Source: Macrostomum lignano
Taxonomy: Eukaryota
Length of the DNA: 64,000 nt
Direction: 5' to 3'
Assembly (NCBI GenBank): GCA_002269645.1
Contig: NIVC01000930.1
Span: 62,001 to 126,000, forward strand
The translations under genes were made by a program, and so were the position numbers. The notes beneath the pieces were generated by a model. It saw only the letters and a program-made list of their open reading frames with translations. It searched no databases and was not told the DNA's origin. Of this stretch, positions 34,806 through 47,900 are shown piece after piece; within the stretch, counting starts at the first letter, position 1, and each line of letters begins with the position of its first letter.

Positions 34806-37800
34806 TCACACGGGACCGGCCCTGGCCAGCTCCCCCGCCCGCCTCGGGCCGCACAGAGGAGCCACCGAGTGCCAATCGGTGGCGCTGTCAACCAGAATGG
34901 CGCAGGCGGGGGCGGCAGGCGCGGCGTCGGCGAGAGCCAGGCGGCAGAGCTCCTCAAAGAAGGCCGGGTGAGTCGGGGGCCCGTAGAACAGCAGGTTGTG
35001 GATGCCTCTCAGCCGCTGCCGGTGGTAGAAATGGTAGCGCTCAGAGTAGAGTAGGATTCGAACCTGGCCTTCGCGAAACAGGCCTTGGTAGCTGCAGAGA
35101 GCAGGTCGGGGTTGACTACTCTTTACTAATATTGTTTGGAGTCGAATTAAACAATTTTAAGAGAAAATCTCACCTAAAGACTTTCAAATCTCATTCTAGA
35201 GACTTTCAAATCTCATTCTAGAGACTTTCAAATTTCACCCCATATATTTTTAAATCTCACCCCATATATTTACAAATCTCACCCAGAGACTTTCAAATCT
35301 CACCCGATAGATTTTCAAATCTCACCCGATAGATTTTCAAATCTCACCCGATAGATTTTCAAATCTCACCCTATAATATATTTTCAAATCTCACCCTATA
35401 ATATACTTTTAAATCTCACCCCATATATCGAATATTTTAAAATCTCATCCAAAGACTTTCAAATCTCATTCTAGAGACTTTCAAATCTAATTCTAGAGAC
35501 TTTCAAATCTCACCCTATAACAGATTTTCAAATCTCATCCTAGAGACTTTAGAAACCCCATATATTCTTAAATCTCACCTAGAGACTTTCAAATCTCACA
35601 CAGAGACTTTCGAATCTCACCCTATAGATTCTAGAATCTCACTCTATAACAAATTTTCAAATCTCACCCAAAGATTTATAAATCTCACCCCAAGATCAAG
35701 TAATCCCAAATTATGTGAGAATCTTAAGCTGTTTGGCATCCTTATTGATTATAAATCCTTAATCCTGAAAAATCTCAAATTACTTTAATAAAAATGCCAG
35801 ATTAAAATCCCTCTTAATAAAAAACTCAAAAATTCTTAAAATTCCCAACCCGAAAAATTCAGACCTCACTTTTAGATAAAAACATCTTTACTCTTAAGGC
35901 AGAAAAAGAACACTTCTAAATGAAAATATCCATCCTGCTAAAAATCTCGCCCTCAACATTTAAAATCTAATCCCTAGATCCCTAGATAATCCCTAGAAAA
36001 ATCACTCAAAATCAACACCTGATCTTACCCTGAGGTTTGAAATCTCACACTAAGATTTGATATCTTTCCTTGAGATTTGAAATCTCACCCTGAGATTTGA
36101 ATCCCACACTTAGATTTGAAATATCACATTGAGATTTGCAATCCCTCCTTGAGATTTGTAATCTCACCCTGAAATTTGAAATCTCACCTTGAGATTTAAA
36201 TCCCACACTTAGATTTGAAATATCTCATTGAGATTTGCAATCTTTCCCTGAGATTTGTTATCTCACCCTGAGATTTAAAATATCTCCTTGGGATTTGCAA
36301 TCTCACCCTGAGATTTGTAATCTCACCCCTGAGATTTGTAATCTCACCCTGAGATTTGTAATCTCACCCCTGAGATTTGAAATATCTTCATTCAAGATTG
36401 AAATCTCAACCTCTATCTAGCCTGCCGGACACTGGAAAAGCATTCACCCTCATTCCTTCCCCAGCCCGAACCTGGCAGCCTTATTCGCGGGCGTGTACTC
36501 GCTGATCGCGCAAAAGTCCAAGCTCTCCTTGCGCAGCTCCGCCCTCAGGTCCGCCCAGTCCAGGTAGCTGGGCGCGTAAACCAGCACCCGGATCAGGCGC
36601 TGGCCCTCGCGTAGCCATGGCAACAGGCGCCGACGGAAAGCGGCCAGACGAGCCGTCGAAGCCTCGGCCGGGCCGGACGAAGCGAACTGGACGAACCGGA
36701 CGGCCAGGGGCCCGGCGCCGACGGACGCCAGCGGGCCGCCAAGCAGACCGGCTTCGCCGTACAGACCGGCGTAGTGCGGCCTCAGAGCCAGCTTGCCGCG
36801 CCAGTTGCGCATGTGGCCGCCAAACAGGCCGCTCAGCTCTGGGAAGCGGACGCCAGACAGGCAGACTGTCTGCCGGTACAGGCTGGCTCGGCCTTCCAGG
36901 TACCTGAGAGGTGGTACGTGGGATTAGTTAGTTAGGCCAGTCTGTCTGTCTTAGTGTCTATCAGATCAGGTGAGGTGAGGTCAGGTGAGGTGAGGTCAGG
37001 TGAGGTCAGGTGAGGTCAGGTGAGGTCAGGTGAGGTCAGGTGAGGTCAGGTGAGGTCAGGTGAAGTCAGTCAGTCAGTCAGTCAGTCAGTCAGTCAGTCA
37101 GTCAGTCAGTCAGTCAGTCAGTCAGTCAGTCAGTCAGTCAGTCAGTCAGTCAGTCAGTCAGTCAGTCAGTCAGTCAGTCAGTCAGTCAGTCAGTCAGTCA
37201 GTCAGTCAGTCAGTCAGTCAGTCAGTCAGTCAGTCAGTCAGTCAGTCAGTCAGTCAGTCAGTCAGTCAGTCAGTCAGTCAGTCAGTCAGTCAGTCAGTCA
37301 GTCAGTCAGTCAGTCAGTCAGTCAGTCAGTCAGTCAGTCAGTCAGTCAGTCAGTCAGTCAGTCAGTCAGTCAGTCAGTCAGTCAGTCAGTCAGTCAGTCA
37401 GTCAGTCAGTCAGTCAGTCAGTCAGTCAGTCAGTCAGTCAGTCAGTCAGTCAGTCAGCAAGCAAACGCACCAGAGCCGACACCGGAACAGATCAGCCTCG
37501 CCAGTGTCCTCCGGTATCCGGTTGGCAGCCTCAACAATGTCGAGCACTCGGCACCAGTTCTGAGCAGCAATCGAGTCGGCCTGATCGATGATCAGCAGCT
37601 CCAGAGAGCTCAGCAGGCGCGGCTGCTCAGCCACAATATCCGCCAGGCCCAGAGGCGAGGCAACAATAAGATCCGAAGCCAGAAACGGCGTGTACAACTT
37701 CAATGTCCGCTTGGCAACGGCGATACCCAATCGGAAATCGTCATCAGAGTTGGCGCCGAACAGTTCCTCAAAATCTGGCGGCTTCTTGCCGCGTCGCCTG

Positions 37801-38573
37801 TCCGAGTCTGATGAAGCCGAACTGCAGCGAAACTCGCGAAGGAACCGAGCCCGATGACTGACCAGAGCTCCGGCCGGCAGCAGGGAGATTAAAGTTTCCA
37901 CGGCTTTCAATGCCGACTCCCTGACTGGAAGCAGCAAGAGAACCCTGGGCCTGGCGAAGCCTTGATCGCGCAGACTCTCAGGATCCGCAGCTGATGATGA
38001 AGAGTTATTCCTAAGCACCAGACGCCGTGTCTGATACAGGTGGTTGAGCAGGTGCAGACAGTAGCACAGGCGGATCCTGTCGGCACTCTCTGGCCCAGGC
38101 CGCCGGTCGCACAGTGTCAAATCTCTGTAGCCAGTGAGCAGGCTCAGCAAACTGCTCCATCTGTCACCCAGGCCAGCCGCCGCCTCAGCTGCTGGCCTGA
38201 GAAAGCTGACAAAATCAGCTGACAAACTGTCAGAGTCGGAGGCTAGTCGGGTTTTCAGTTCGTCAAGACACCGGGGCAGCTTGTAGAAATAGGCCTGCTC
38301 GCCGACAAAGCCGGGCAGTTCAAGGCTGGCTGAGAGGCACTGGCCATCGCGCAGAGTGCTGGTCTCCGAGTCGGTGAGCACAGCAGATAAGTGCCTGTGA
38401 AAACTGCTATTGGCAGAGGAACTCTTTGCCGTTGAAGAGGACCGACTGTCTACAGGACGAGATCGTTTCGCTTTTGAAGCAGAAGTTTCGCTGCCGGTTT
38501 CGCTGTCGGTGTTGCTTTCGTCTTTGAGAGCCTCGGCTGGTCGCTTCGGCGGCAGCTTTGTCGAGGAGTTCGG
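34806..38573 (-). CDS. UTP25: U3 snoRNA-associated protein 25 (Def/DIEXF) homolog
   Basis: Exons 38573-37471, 36903-36472, 35091-34806, GT-AG, phases match. Motifs LRDQGFARPRVLLLLP, DLIVASPLGL, LLIIDQAD, LVYAPSYLDW, LLYSERYHFY. No ATG in exon 1. Confidence 0.92.
35180..36410. repeat. Degenerate 21-22 bp AAATCTCACC arrays in UTP25 intron 2
   Basis: Two arrays, ~35180-35700 and ~36030-36410. Confidence 0.85.
36965..37457. repeat. (TGAGGTCAGG)n then (CAGT)n filling UTP25 intron 1
   Basis: Direct reading. Confidence 0.98.
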
Positions 38574-38679
38574 CTGGGCGGCGGTGGCCAGGAAATATGA
38601 AAAATTATGTACTTTAGTAATGATAACTGCTGGGGTTAGAAACTGGGAGGGGTGGAAAGAGTGGGAGAAAGGAAGGGAA

Positions 38680-39375
38680 GGGGGGAGGAGGGAATGGACA
38701 GAGGATGAGAGGAGGGGAAGAGGGGAGATGGAAGAGAAGAGGGGAAGGAAAGGGAAGAGGGGAAGAGGGGAAGAGGGGAAGAGGGGAAGAAGGAAAGGGA
38801 AGAGGGGAAGAGGGACCCAGGAAGGTAATAAAGGAAGGGGAAGAGGGAAGGGGAAGGTAATAAAGGAAGGGGAAGAGGGAAGGGGGGAAGGTAATAAAGG
38901 AAGGGGAAGAGGGAAGGGGGGAAGGTAATAAAGGAAGGGGAAGAGGGACCCAGGAAGGTAATAAAGGAAGGGGAAGAGGGAAGGGAGGAAGGTAATAAAG
39001 GAAGGGGAAGAGGGAAGGGAGGAAGGTAATAAAGGAAGGGGAAGACGGAAGGGAGGAAGGTAATAAAGGAAGGGGAAGAGGGAAGGGAGGAAGGTAATAA
39101 AGGAAGGGGAAGAGGGAAGGCGGGAGGTAATAAAGGAAGGGGAAGAGGGAAGGGAGGAAGGTAATAAAGGAAGGGGAAGAGGGAAGGGAGGAAGGTAATA
39201 AAGGAAGGGGAAGAGGGAAGGGAGGAAGGTAATAAAGGAAGGGGAAGAGGGAAGGCGGGAGGTAATAAAGGAAGGGGATTAGGGAAGGGAGGAAGGTAAT
39301 AAAGGAAGGGGAGTAGGGAAGGGAGGAAGGTAATAAAGGAAGGGGAGTAGGGAAGGGAGGAAGGTAATAAAGGAA
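38680..39375. repeat. 34-bp purine-rich minisatellite between TCEANC2 and UTP25
   Basis: GGGAAGGGAGGAAGGTAATAAAGGAAGGGGAAGA, period 34. Confidence 0.95.
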
Positions 39376-39565
39376 GAGGAAATGTCCAGTTGAAAAATTG
39401 ACACAAATCCAGACAGCATAATGAAAAAAATGAAAGCAACCAAGTTCGTATTAAATTGTATTATTTGTATTGTATTTCAATTTAAATGCACTGCAATAAA
39501 CAGACAAATGATAAAAGTAACATTGGATTTCGGAGCGCAATATAATTAAAGCATTAGCAAACTTG

Positions 39566-40246
39566 TCAACCAGTCAGAGCAGCCAGAAGCCCCTTATAGT
39601 CGGCGTCAGCAGCAGTGGCAGCCGCCCGCAGGCTGGCATCCGACCTCAGTTTAGCCGTCAGCCGCCTGGCCGCTTGCCAATAATTATGACCAACTAAGCT
39701 GCGGTAATTAAAGAACAGCTGTCGCTCAATGCCGACAGCGGCTGGCGAGTCCTCCGAGCAGCTCAACGCAGCAGCCAGCAGCTGTCGGGTCCGCCTTCGC
39801 TGCTCTGTACAAGCGGCGTCGCAGGCCACGTCCAGCTGCTGACGGCTCTGAACTTCGATAAAATGAGCCAGCCAGGAGTCGCAGATGGCGCTAGCCGCCC
39901 TGGCAACTTCAGCATCCGGATGGTTGGTCAATCGTTTCACGTGAGCGCCAATCTTGGTGAGTTTGAGCAGCTCCCTGCTAGGCTGCTTGGCTGCTAGCTT
40001 ATTCAGAGTGTCCAGCAGCTGACCCGGGCTCCATCGCTCCGGAGCTCTCAGTACCTCCTTGTAGCGGTACAGGTCTTCCACCACGACAACGCCGCGCATG
40101 TCGGTGATGCGCACCTGCCGGCTGGAGCCCGAGGAGACGCCGAGTCCGCCGCCTGTGTCCGGCTGTCGCTTCAGAAAATTGTCGATTCGAATTTGACGCA
40201 GCCGGCCGTCGCCTTGCGGCCGTCTGGATGAAGCTCGGGGCGGAGA
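39566..40246 (-). CDS. TCEANC2: TFIIS N-terminal and central domain-containing protein 2 homolog
   Basis: VVVVEDL...PSRELLKLTKIGAHVKRLTNHPDAEVA...IERQLF...RRLTAKLR matches the remembered family pattern. Single coding exon; no ATG upstream of the conserved region. Confidence 0.85.
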   Translation of the reverse strand, partial: SPPRASSRRPQGDGRLRQIRIDNFLKRQPDTGGGLGVSSGSSRQVRITDMRGVVVVEDLYRYKEVLRAPERWSPGQLLDTLNKLAAKQPSRELLKLTKIGAHVKRLTNHPDAEVARAASAICDSWLAHFIEVQSRQQLDVACDAACTEQRRRTRQLLAAALSCSEDSPAAVGIERQLFFNYRSLVGHNYWQAARRLTAKLRSDASLRAAATAADADYKGLLAALTG

Positions 40247-40529
40247 CTGGGGGGATGTGGGAGTTTTGTTTATAGTAGCAATCGACAATTAAAAAAAAAT
40301 TTAAGGACATCTTTAAGACGATTGGGACCTATAAATGGATCTATAAGACAGCCTACAGGATCTATAGAGATAGATAGATCCAAGAATCACTGTAGTATAA
40401 CAGGACGTAAAACTCAAGGATTGTGTAATTTTTAGGGGGCCGATTTTCTGGAAATACACTGCGGTGATAATAAAAATCATTTTTTATCTAAAAAATCAAG
40501 GATTGCATTTGATCTGGAGCTATTTATAA

Positions 40530-43500
40530 GACAGTAGAAATCTACAGAGATCTATAAGACAGTAGAAATCTACAGAGATCTATAAGACAGTAGAAATCTA
40601 CAGAGATCTATAAGACAGTAGAAATCTACAGAGATCTAGAAGACAGTAGAAATCTACAGCGATCTATAAGACAGTAGAAATCTAGAGATCTATAAGACAG
40701 TAGAAATCTACAGAGATCTAGAAGACAGTAGAAATCTAGAGATCTATAAGACAGTAGAAATCTACAGCGATCTATAAGACAGTAGAAATCTAGAGATCTA
40801 TAAGACAGTAGAAATCTACAGCGATCTATAAGACAGTAGAAATCTAGAGATCTATAAGACAGTAGAAATCTACAGAGATCTAGAAGACAGTAGAAATCTA
40901 CAGAGATCTAGAAGACAGTAGAAATCTACAGAGATCTATAAGACAGTAGAAATCTACAGAGATCTAGAAGACAGCATAAATCTACAGAGATCTATAAGAC
41001 AGTAGAAATCTACAGAGATCTATAAGACAGTAGAAATCTACAGAGATCTAGAAGACAGTAGAAATCTACAGAGATCTATAAGACAGTAGAAATCTACAGC
41101 GATCTATAAGACAGTAGAAATCTAGAGATCTATAAGACAGTAGAAATCTACAGAGATCTAGAAGACAGTAGAAATCTACAGAGATCTATAAGACAGTAGA
41201 AATCTACAGAGATCTAGAAGACAGTAGAAATCTACAGAGATCTATAAGACAGTAGAAATCTACAGAGATCTAGAAGACAGTAGAAATCTACAGAGATCTA
41301 TAAGACAGTAGAAATCTACAGAGATCTATAAGACAGTAGAAATCTACAGAGATCTACAAGACAGTAGAAATCTACAGAGATCTACAAGACAGTAGAAATC
41401 TACAGAGATCTAGAAGACAGCATAAATCTACAGAGATCTAGAAGACAGCATAAATCTACAGAGATCTATAAGACAGCATAAATCTACAGAGATCTATAAG
41501 ACAGCATAAATCTACAGAGATCTAAAAGACAGTAGAAATCTACAGAGATCTAGAAGACAGCATAAATCTACAGAGATCTATAAGACAGTAGAAATCTACA
41601 GAGATCTATAAGACAGTAGAAATCTACAGAGATCTATAAGACAGCATAAATCTACAGAGATCTATAAGACAGTAGAAATCTACAGAGATCTAAAAGACAG
41701 TAGAAATCTACAGAGATCTAGAAGACAGTAGAAATCTACAGAGATCTAGAAGACAGCATAAATCTACAGAGATCTACAAGACAGTAGAAATCTACAGAGA
41801 TCTAGAAGACAGTAGAAATCTACAGAGATCTAGAAGACAGTAGAAATCTACAGAGATCTATAAGACAGTAGAAATCTACAGAGATCTATAAGACAGCATA
41901 AATCTACAGAGATCTAAAAGACAGTAGAAATCTACAGAGATCTAGAAGACAGTAGAAATCTACAGAGATCTAGAAGACAGCATAAATCTACAGAGATCTA
42001 TAAGACAGTAGAAATCTACAGAGATCTATAAGACAGTAGAAATCTACAGAGATCTAGAAGACAGTAGAAATCTACAGCGATCTATAAGACAGTAGAAATC
42101 TAGAGATCTATAAGACAGTAGAAATCTACAGAGATCTAGAAGACAGTAGAAATCTAGAGATCTATAAGACAGTAGAAATCTACAGAGATCTAGAAGACAG
42201 TAGAAATCTACAGCGATCTATAAGACAGTAGAAATCTAGAGATCTATAAGACAGTAGAAATCTACAGAGATCTAGAAGACAGTAGAAATCTAGAGATCTA
42301 TAAGACAGTAGAAATCTACAGCGATCTATAAGACAGTAGAAATCTAGAGATCTATAAGACAGTAGAAATCTACAGCGATCTATAAGACAGTAGAAATCTA
42401 GAGATCTATAAGACAGTAGAAATCTACAGAGATCTAGAAGACAGTAGAAATCTACAGAGATCTAGAAGACAGTAGAAATCTACAGAGATCTATAAGACAG
42501 TAGAAATCTACAGAGATCTAGAAGACAGCATAAATCTACAGAGATCTATAAGACAGTAGAAATCTACAGAGATCTATAAGACAGTAGAAATCTACAGAGA
42601 TCTAGAAGACAGTAGAAATCTACAGAGATCTATAAGACAGTAGAAATCTACAGCGATCTATAAGACAGTAGAAATCTAGAGATCTATAAGACAGTAGAAA
42701 TCTACAGAGATCTAGAAGACAGTAGAAATCTACAGAGATCTATAAGACAGTAGAAATCTACAGAGATCTAGAAGACAGTAGAAATCTACAGAGATCTATA
42801 AGACAGTAGAAATCTACAGAGATCTAGAAGACAGTAGAAATCTACAGAGATCTATAAGACAGTAGAAATCTACAGAGATCTATAAGACAGTAGAAATCTA
42901 CAGAGATCTATAAGACAGTAGAAATCTACAGAGATCTACAAGACAGTAGAAATCTACAGAGATCTAGAAGACAGCATAAATCTACAGAGATCTAGAAGAC
43001 AGCATAAATCTACAGAGATCTATAAGACAGCATAAATCTACAGAGATCTATAAGACAGCATAAATCTACAGAGATCTAAAAGACAGTAGAAATCTACAGA
43101 GATCTAGAAGACAGCATAAATCTACAGAGATCTATAAGACAGTAGAAATCTACAGAGATCTATAAGACAGTAGAAATCTACAGAGATCTATAAGACAGCA
43201 TAAATCTACAGAGATCTATAAGACAGTAGAAATCTACAGAGATCTAAAAGACAGTAGAAATCTACAGAGATCTAGAAGACAGTAGAAATCTACAGAGATC
43301 TAGAAGACAGCATAAATCTACAGAGATCTACAAGACAGTAGAAATCTACAGAGATCTAGAAGACAGTAGAAATCTACAGAGATCTAGAAGACAGTAGAAA
43401 TCTACAGAGATCTATAAGACAGTAGAAATCTACAGAGATCTATAAGACAGCATAAATCTACAGAGATCTAAAAGACAGTAGAAATCTACAGAGATCTAGA

Positions 43501-43640
43501 AGACAGTAGAAATCTACAGAGATCTAGAAGACAGCATAAATCTACAGAGATCTAGAAGACAGTAGAAATCTACAGAGATCTAGAAGACAGTAGAAATCTA
43601 CAGAGATCTAGAAGACAGCATAAATCTACAGAGATTTATA
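40530..43640. repeat. 28-bp satellite AGACAGTAGAAATCTACAGAGATCTATA with 1554-bp higher-order duplication
   Basis: Variant CATAAA marks recur at 40975/42529 and 41421/42975. Confidence 0.97.
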
Positions 43641-44957
43641 GGACAGCCTTCATTCCTAGAGCAGCTTTACTGGCAGTCAGAATCGTCAAAGATAGCATTA
43701 AGCAAACAGGTCTGACCCATTTAGCTTAGCACAGTGAAGCCAGACGTGGCAGAAAAGCTATTTCCAGCATAAATACAAATTCAGCATCACCGAAGACTTA
43801 TCTCAAATTTGAGAAATTTCGCCTAGAATCCCTCTCACCCCACCCATCTCAAATGGCGAATATATAGCTAGCAAAAGGTCTAAAGTACTTCTGAATAGAA
43901 ACTCGGCTATAAAGCAAACAGGCAGAGAGCCCCGGGCCTGTCACACACAGAAACAGCTCGAGCGGATTAACGATAGGCCGACCCTTCCAGAGAGCAACTG
44001 AGCGTGAGGCGGTGTACGATGGCGCGCACACAACAGCCATGGCATAAACGAAATGAGCCTGGATAGGGGGATCAGGGATCAGGGAGAAACGAGAGCGGCC
44101 CTGTTGTAGCAATTCGCAACTAATAGAAAATATGCTCAGCCATCGCCATTGAAGCCATCTCTATAGTGTAGCATGCCCTGAGCATTGTAGCTCTCATTAT
44201 CTCAAATGACATTTCACGAGCCGGAGTTAGAGACAAAAAATAATTAAGATAGATCTTTACAAATAAATGGTTTAACAGTAAGATAGAAGCGAAGTCATTT
44301 CTCAATTTATTTACTTAATAATAAATTTTTTATAAAGAGTTACTATGCCAATTAACTATTCTAAAAAAAGATTAAATTCTTTTACCTAAAAAATTATTTT
44401 ATTAACTTTCAGAAAAATTTACGCAATTTTGTAGAACGTGAATTCATTTAAAATTGCCTGACAGGAATTCCCATCCCCCGAAAATTTCCTACAAAATGGA
44501 ATTCCCAAACGTCGGTAACTGCCACTGATTCACCTTGACGGGAATTCCCCAGGATAGCCCGGTATGGGAAATCCCCACAATTTCTACGACGGGAATTCCC
44601 AATAATTTTTCACAACGGGAATTCCTCAAATTTTCCACGAAAAGAATTCCCCAGGATTTCCGAGAACGGGAATTCCCTAGGGGTTTCCCACGACGGTAAT
44701 TTTCCAGGATTTTCCAGTACGGAAATTCCCTAGGATTTCCTACGGAAGGAATTCCTCAGGATTTCCAACAAAAGGGAATTCCTCAGGATTTCCCAAGAAG
44801 GGAATTTCTCAGGATTTCCCACGAAGGGAATTCCCCAGATATCTTAGAAAAACCGGAAGTAGAGTTGAATTTTTACGTCTGGCGGAAACTATATAAGTGA
44901 TCATATATAAGCAATAAAATTATGGTGAAGTTCAATGAATTCGCTATCGAAGGCTTC

Positions 44958-47900
44958 TCAACCGACCACCTCGCCCCGGTTGTCGCCGACATTGTAAGCC
45001 ACCCAGTCGGCGGCAATGGGGGCGGACAGCAGCTTCGGGCTCAGATCGAACGCGTCCACCACCGCCCTGGTGTCGATGGTGCTGCACAGCCGCCTGGCAG
45101 CCTTGGAGACGGCGGCGCCCTGCTCAGGCGAGATGAGTCCGGTGCTCATAATTGAGCCGAGATGACGCTCGACGCAGTTCAACAGATACAGATGCCGGAT
45201 GCTGGACAGCAGTTCGCGACCGGGCGAGCCTTCGGGCAAGTCGGCGACAGCCTTGGCCACCGCCTCGGCGGTGAGTCTGTAGCCGTACATCTTGGCGGCT
45301 TCTTGCACCTCGTCGCTGAGTTCGCACATCCAGGCTTGAAACAAACCGGAGGCGCCAGCTTTGCCTAGCGCGCCAACTAGGGCGCCATTTAGGCGCGTCT
45401 CGTGCGACGCTAGGACGGCTTCGAGGAAGGCCGGATCGTTCACTGCGCTGGCGTCCTTAGCAACTGAAGCCGGCTTGGTTGGCTTGAATAGCGACAGGCG
45501 CTCTTTGGCCACTTTCTGCATCAGCACCGAGTTGTCGCCCTCGGCGGTGAGGGCGGCGTGGGCGTTGCCGATGTAGGTGCCGAACCTTGACAAAGTGGGA
45601 GAAATTTGATAAATTTGATATTTGCGGGACGTCCAGGATGAGAATTCTCACAGATTTCACACGGATTCCCGGGTATGGGATTCCCCACGGATTCCCAGCT
45701 ACGGGATTCTCCACGGATTCCCAGTTACGGAATTCCCAACGGATTATTAGCTACTGGATTCCTCACGGATTTCCGGCAACAGGATTCCTCACGGATTTCC
45801 GGCTACGAGATTCCTCACGGATTTCCGGCTACGGGATTCCTCACGGATTTCCGGCTACGGGATTCCCCACGGACTCCCGGCTACGGGATTCCCAACGGAT
45901 TCCTGGCTACGAGATTCCTCACGGATTTCCGGCAACAGGATTCCCCATGGATTTCCGGCTACGGGATTCTCCACGGACTCCCGGCTACGGGATTCCCCAC
46001 GGATTTCCGGCTACGGGATTCCCCATGGATTCCCGCTATGGGATTCTCCACGTATTTCCGACTATGGAATTCCCCACCTATTTCCGACTATGGGATTCCC
46101 CACCTATTTCCGACTATGGGATTCCCCACCTATTTCCGACTATGGGATTCCCCACCTATTTCCGACTATAGGATTCCCCACCTATTTCCGACTATGGGAT
46201 TCCCCACCTATTTCCGACTATGGGATTCCCCACATATTTCCGACTATGGGATTCCCCACATATTTCCGACTATGGGATTCCCCACCTATTTCCGACTATG
46301 GGATTCCCCTTGTATTTGTTCCCCTTGAAAAAATGGTAACTCCTTGTATTTACCATGGAATTCCCGCCAAACAAGACAAGAGAAAGCATTAGAGTATAAT
46401 TGTAAAAAATTATTTCTTATAAATATTACAGATATTACAGATATGTTTCTTAGAAAATATTTAAACTGCAGCCGTATTCCTCACCTATTGCAGGCCAGGT
46501 AGCCCTGGCCGCCGCATCGCTCCCTAGTGATGCTGGCTACCCGCTCCATATGCCAGCCGCAGAGCGGTTTGATAGCGCAGCACATGGTCACCAGGTTGGC
46601 GTGCTCTGCCTCAGTCTTGGCCGTAGCAAACGCGTCCTTGACCTGGTCCAGGCCGATATTCAGAGCCACGGTGTCGGCCAGCAGCGGAACCAGGGCCCGC
46701 TTCTGCAGCTCGTAGGTGAGAATTGGAGTGTCGGATTTGCCAGTCGGCCCGACAGTCAGGCGGGTGGAGGCGTAGCGCAGAGCGATGGACAGACAGGCCT
46801 TGACGCCACCCATGCACATGCTGGCAATGCAGATTCGGCCGGAGAGCAGCTGGTCGGCCACGGTCAGGAAGCGAGCTCGGTTGCTCTTGATTGACGTGGT
46901 GAAATTGCCCTGCTCGTCAATGTCGCTGTATCTGAATTTGGGCGGGGAGAGGGGAGGGAGACTCAGGCTGAAGGCAGAGGGAATGGCAAATGAATGACAA
47001 AGGAAATGGAAGATGCAATGGCAGATGGAATGGCAGATGGAATGGCAGATGGAATGGCAGATGGAATGGCAAAGGAAATGGCAGGGGGAATTTCATATGG
47101 AATGGCAGATGGAATGGCAAAGGAAATGGCAGGGGGAATTTCAGATGGAATGCCAGATGGAATGGCAAAGGAAATGGCAAGGGGAATTTCAGATGGAATG
47201 GCAGATGGAATGGCAAAGGAAATGGCAGGGGGAATTTCAGATGGAATGCCAGATGGAATGGCAAAGGAAATGGCAGGGGGAATTTCAGATGGAATGGCAG
47301 ATGTAATGGCAAAGGAAATGGCAGGGGGAATTTCAGATGGAATGCCAGATGGAATGGCAAAGGAAATGGCAGGGGGAATTTCAGATGGAATGCCAGATGG
47401 AATGGCAAAGGAAATGGCAGGGGGAATGGCAAAGAAAATGGCAGATGGAATGCCAGGTGGAATAGCAAAGGAAATGGCAGGGGAAATGGCAAAGAAAATG
47501 GCAGATGGAATGCCAGGTGGAATGGCAAAGGAAATGGCAGGGGGAATTTCATATGGAATGGCAGATAGAATGGTAAAGGAAATGGCAGGGGGAATTTCAT
47601 ATGGAATGCCAGATGGAATGGCAAAGGAAATGGCAGGGGGAATTTCAGATGGAATGCAGATGGAATGGCAAAGGAAATGGCAGGGGGAATTTCAGATGGA
47701 ATGCAGATGTAATGGCAAAGGAAATGGCAGGGGGAATTTCAGATGGAATGCCAGATGGAATGGCAAAGGAAATGGCAGGGGGAATTTCAGATGGAATGCC
47801 AGATGGAATGGCAAAGGAAATGGCAGGGGAATGGCAAAGAAAATGGCAGATGGAATGCCAGGTGGAATAGCAAAGGAAATGGCAGGGGAAATGGCAAAGA

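Noticed and set aside
40530-43640. CRISPR-like regular array
   Set aside because: No unique spacers, no cas genes, eukaryotic context; applies to all arrays here.
43640-44400. Possible snoRNA or SL RNA gene between ACOX and TCEANC2
   Set aside because: No box C/D pair, H/ACA layout or Sm site with leader could be identified by eye.
44460-46330. Arrays of NF-kB-like GGGAATTCCC/GGGATTCCCC motifs
   Set aside because: Explained by the repeat unit; nothing in the sequence supports regulatory function.
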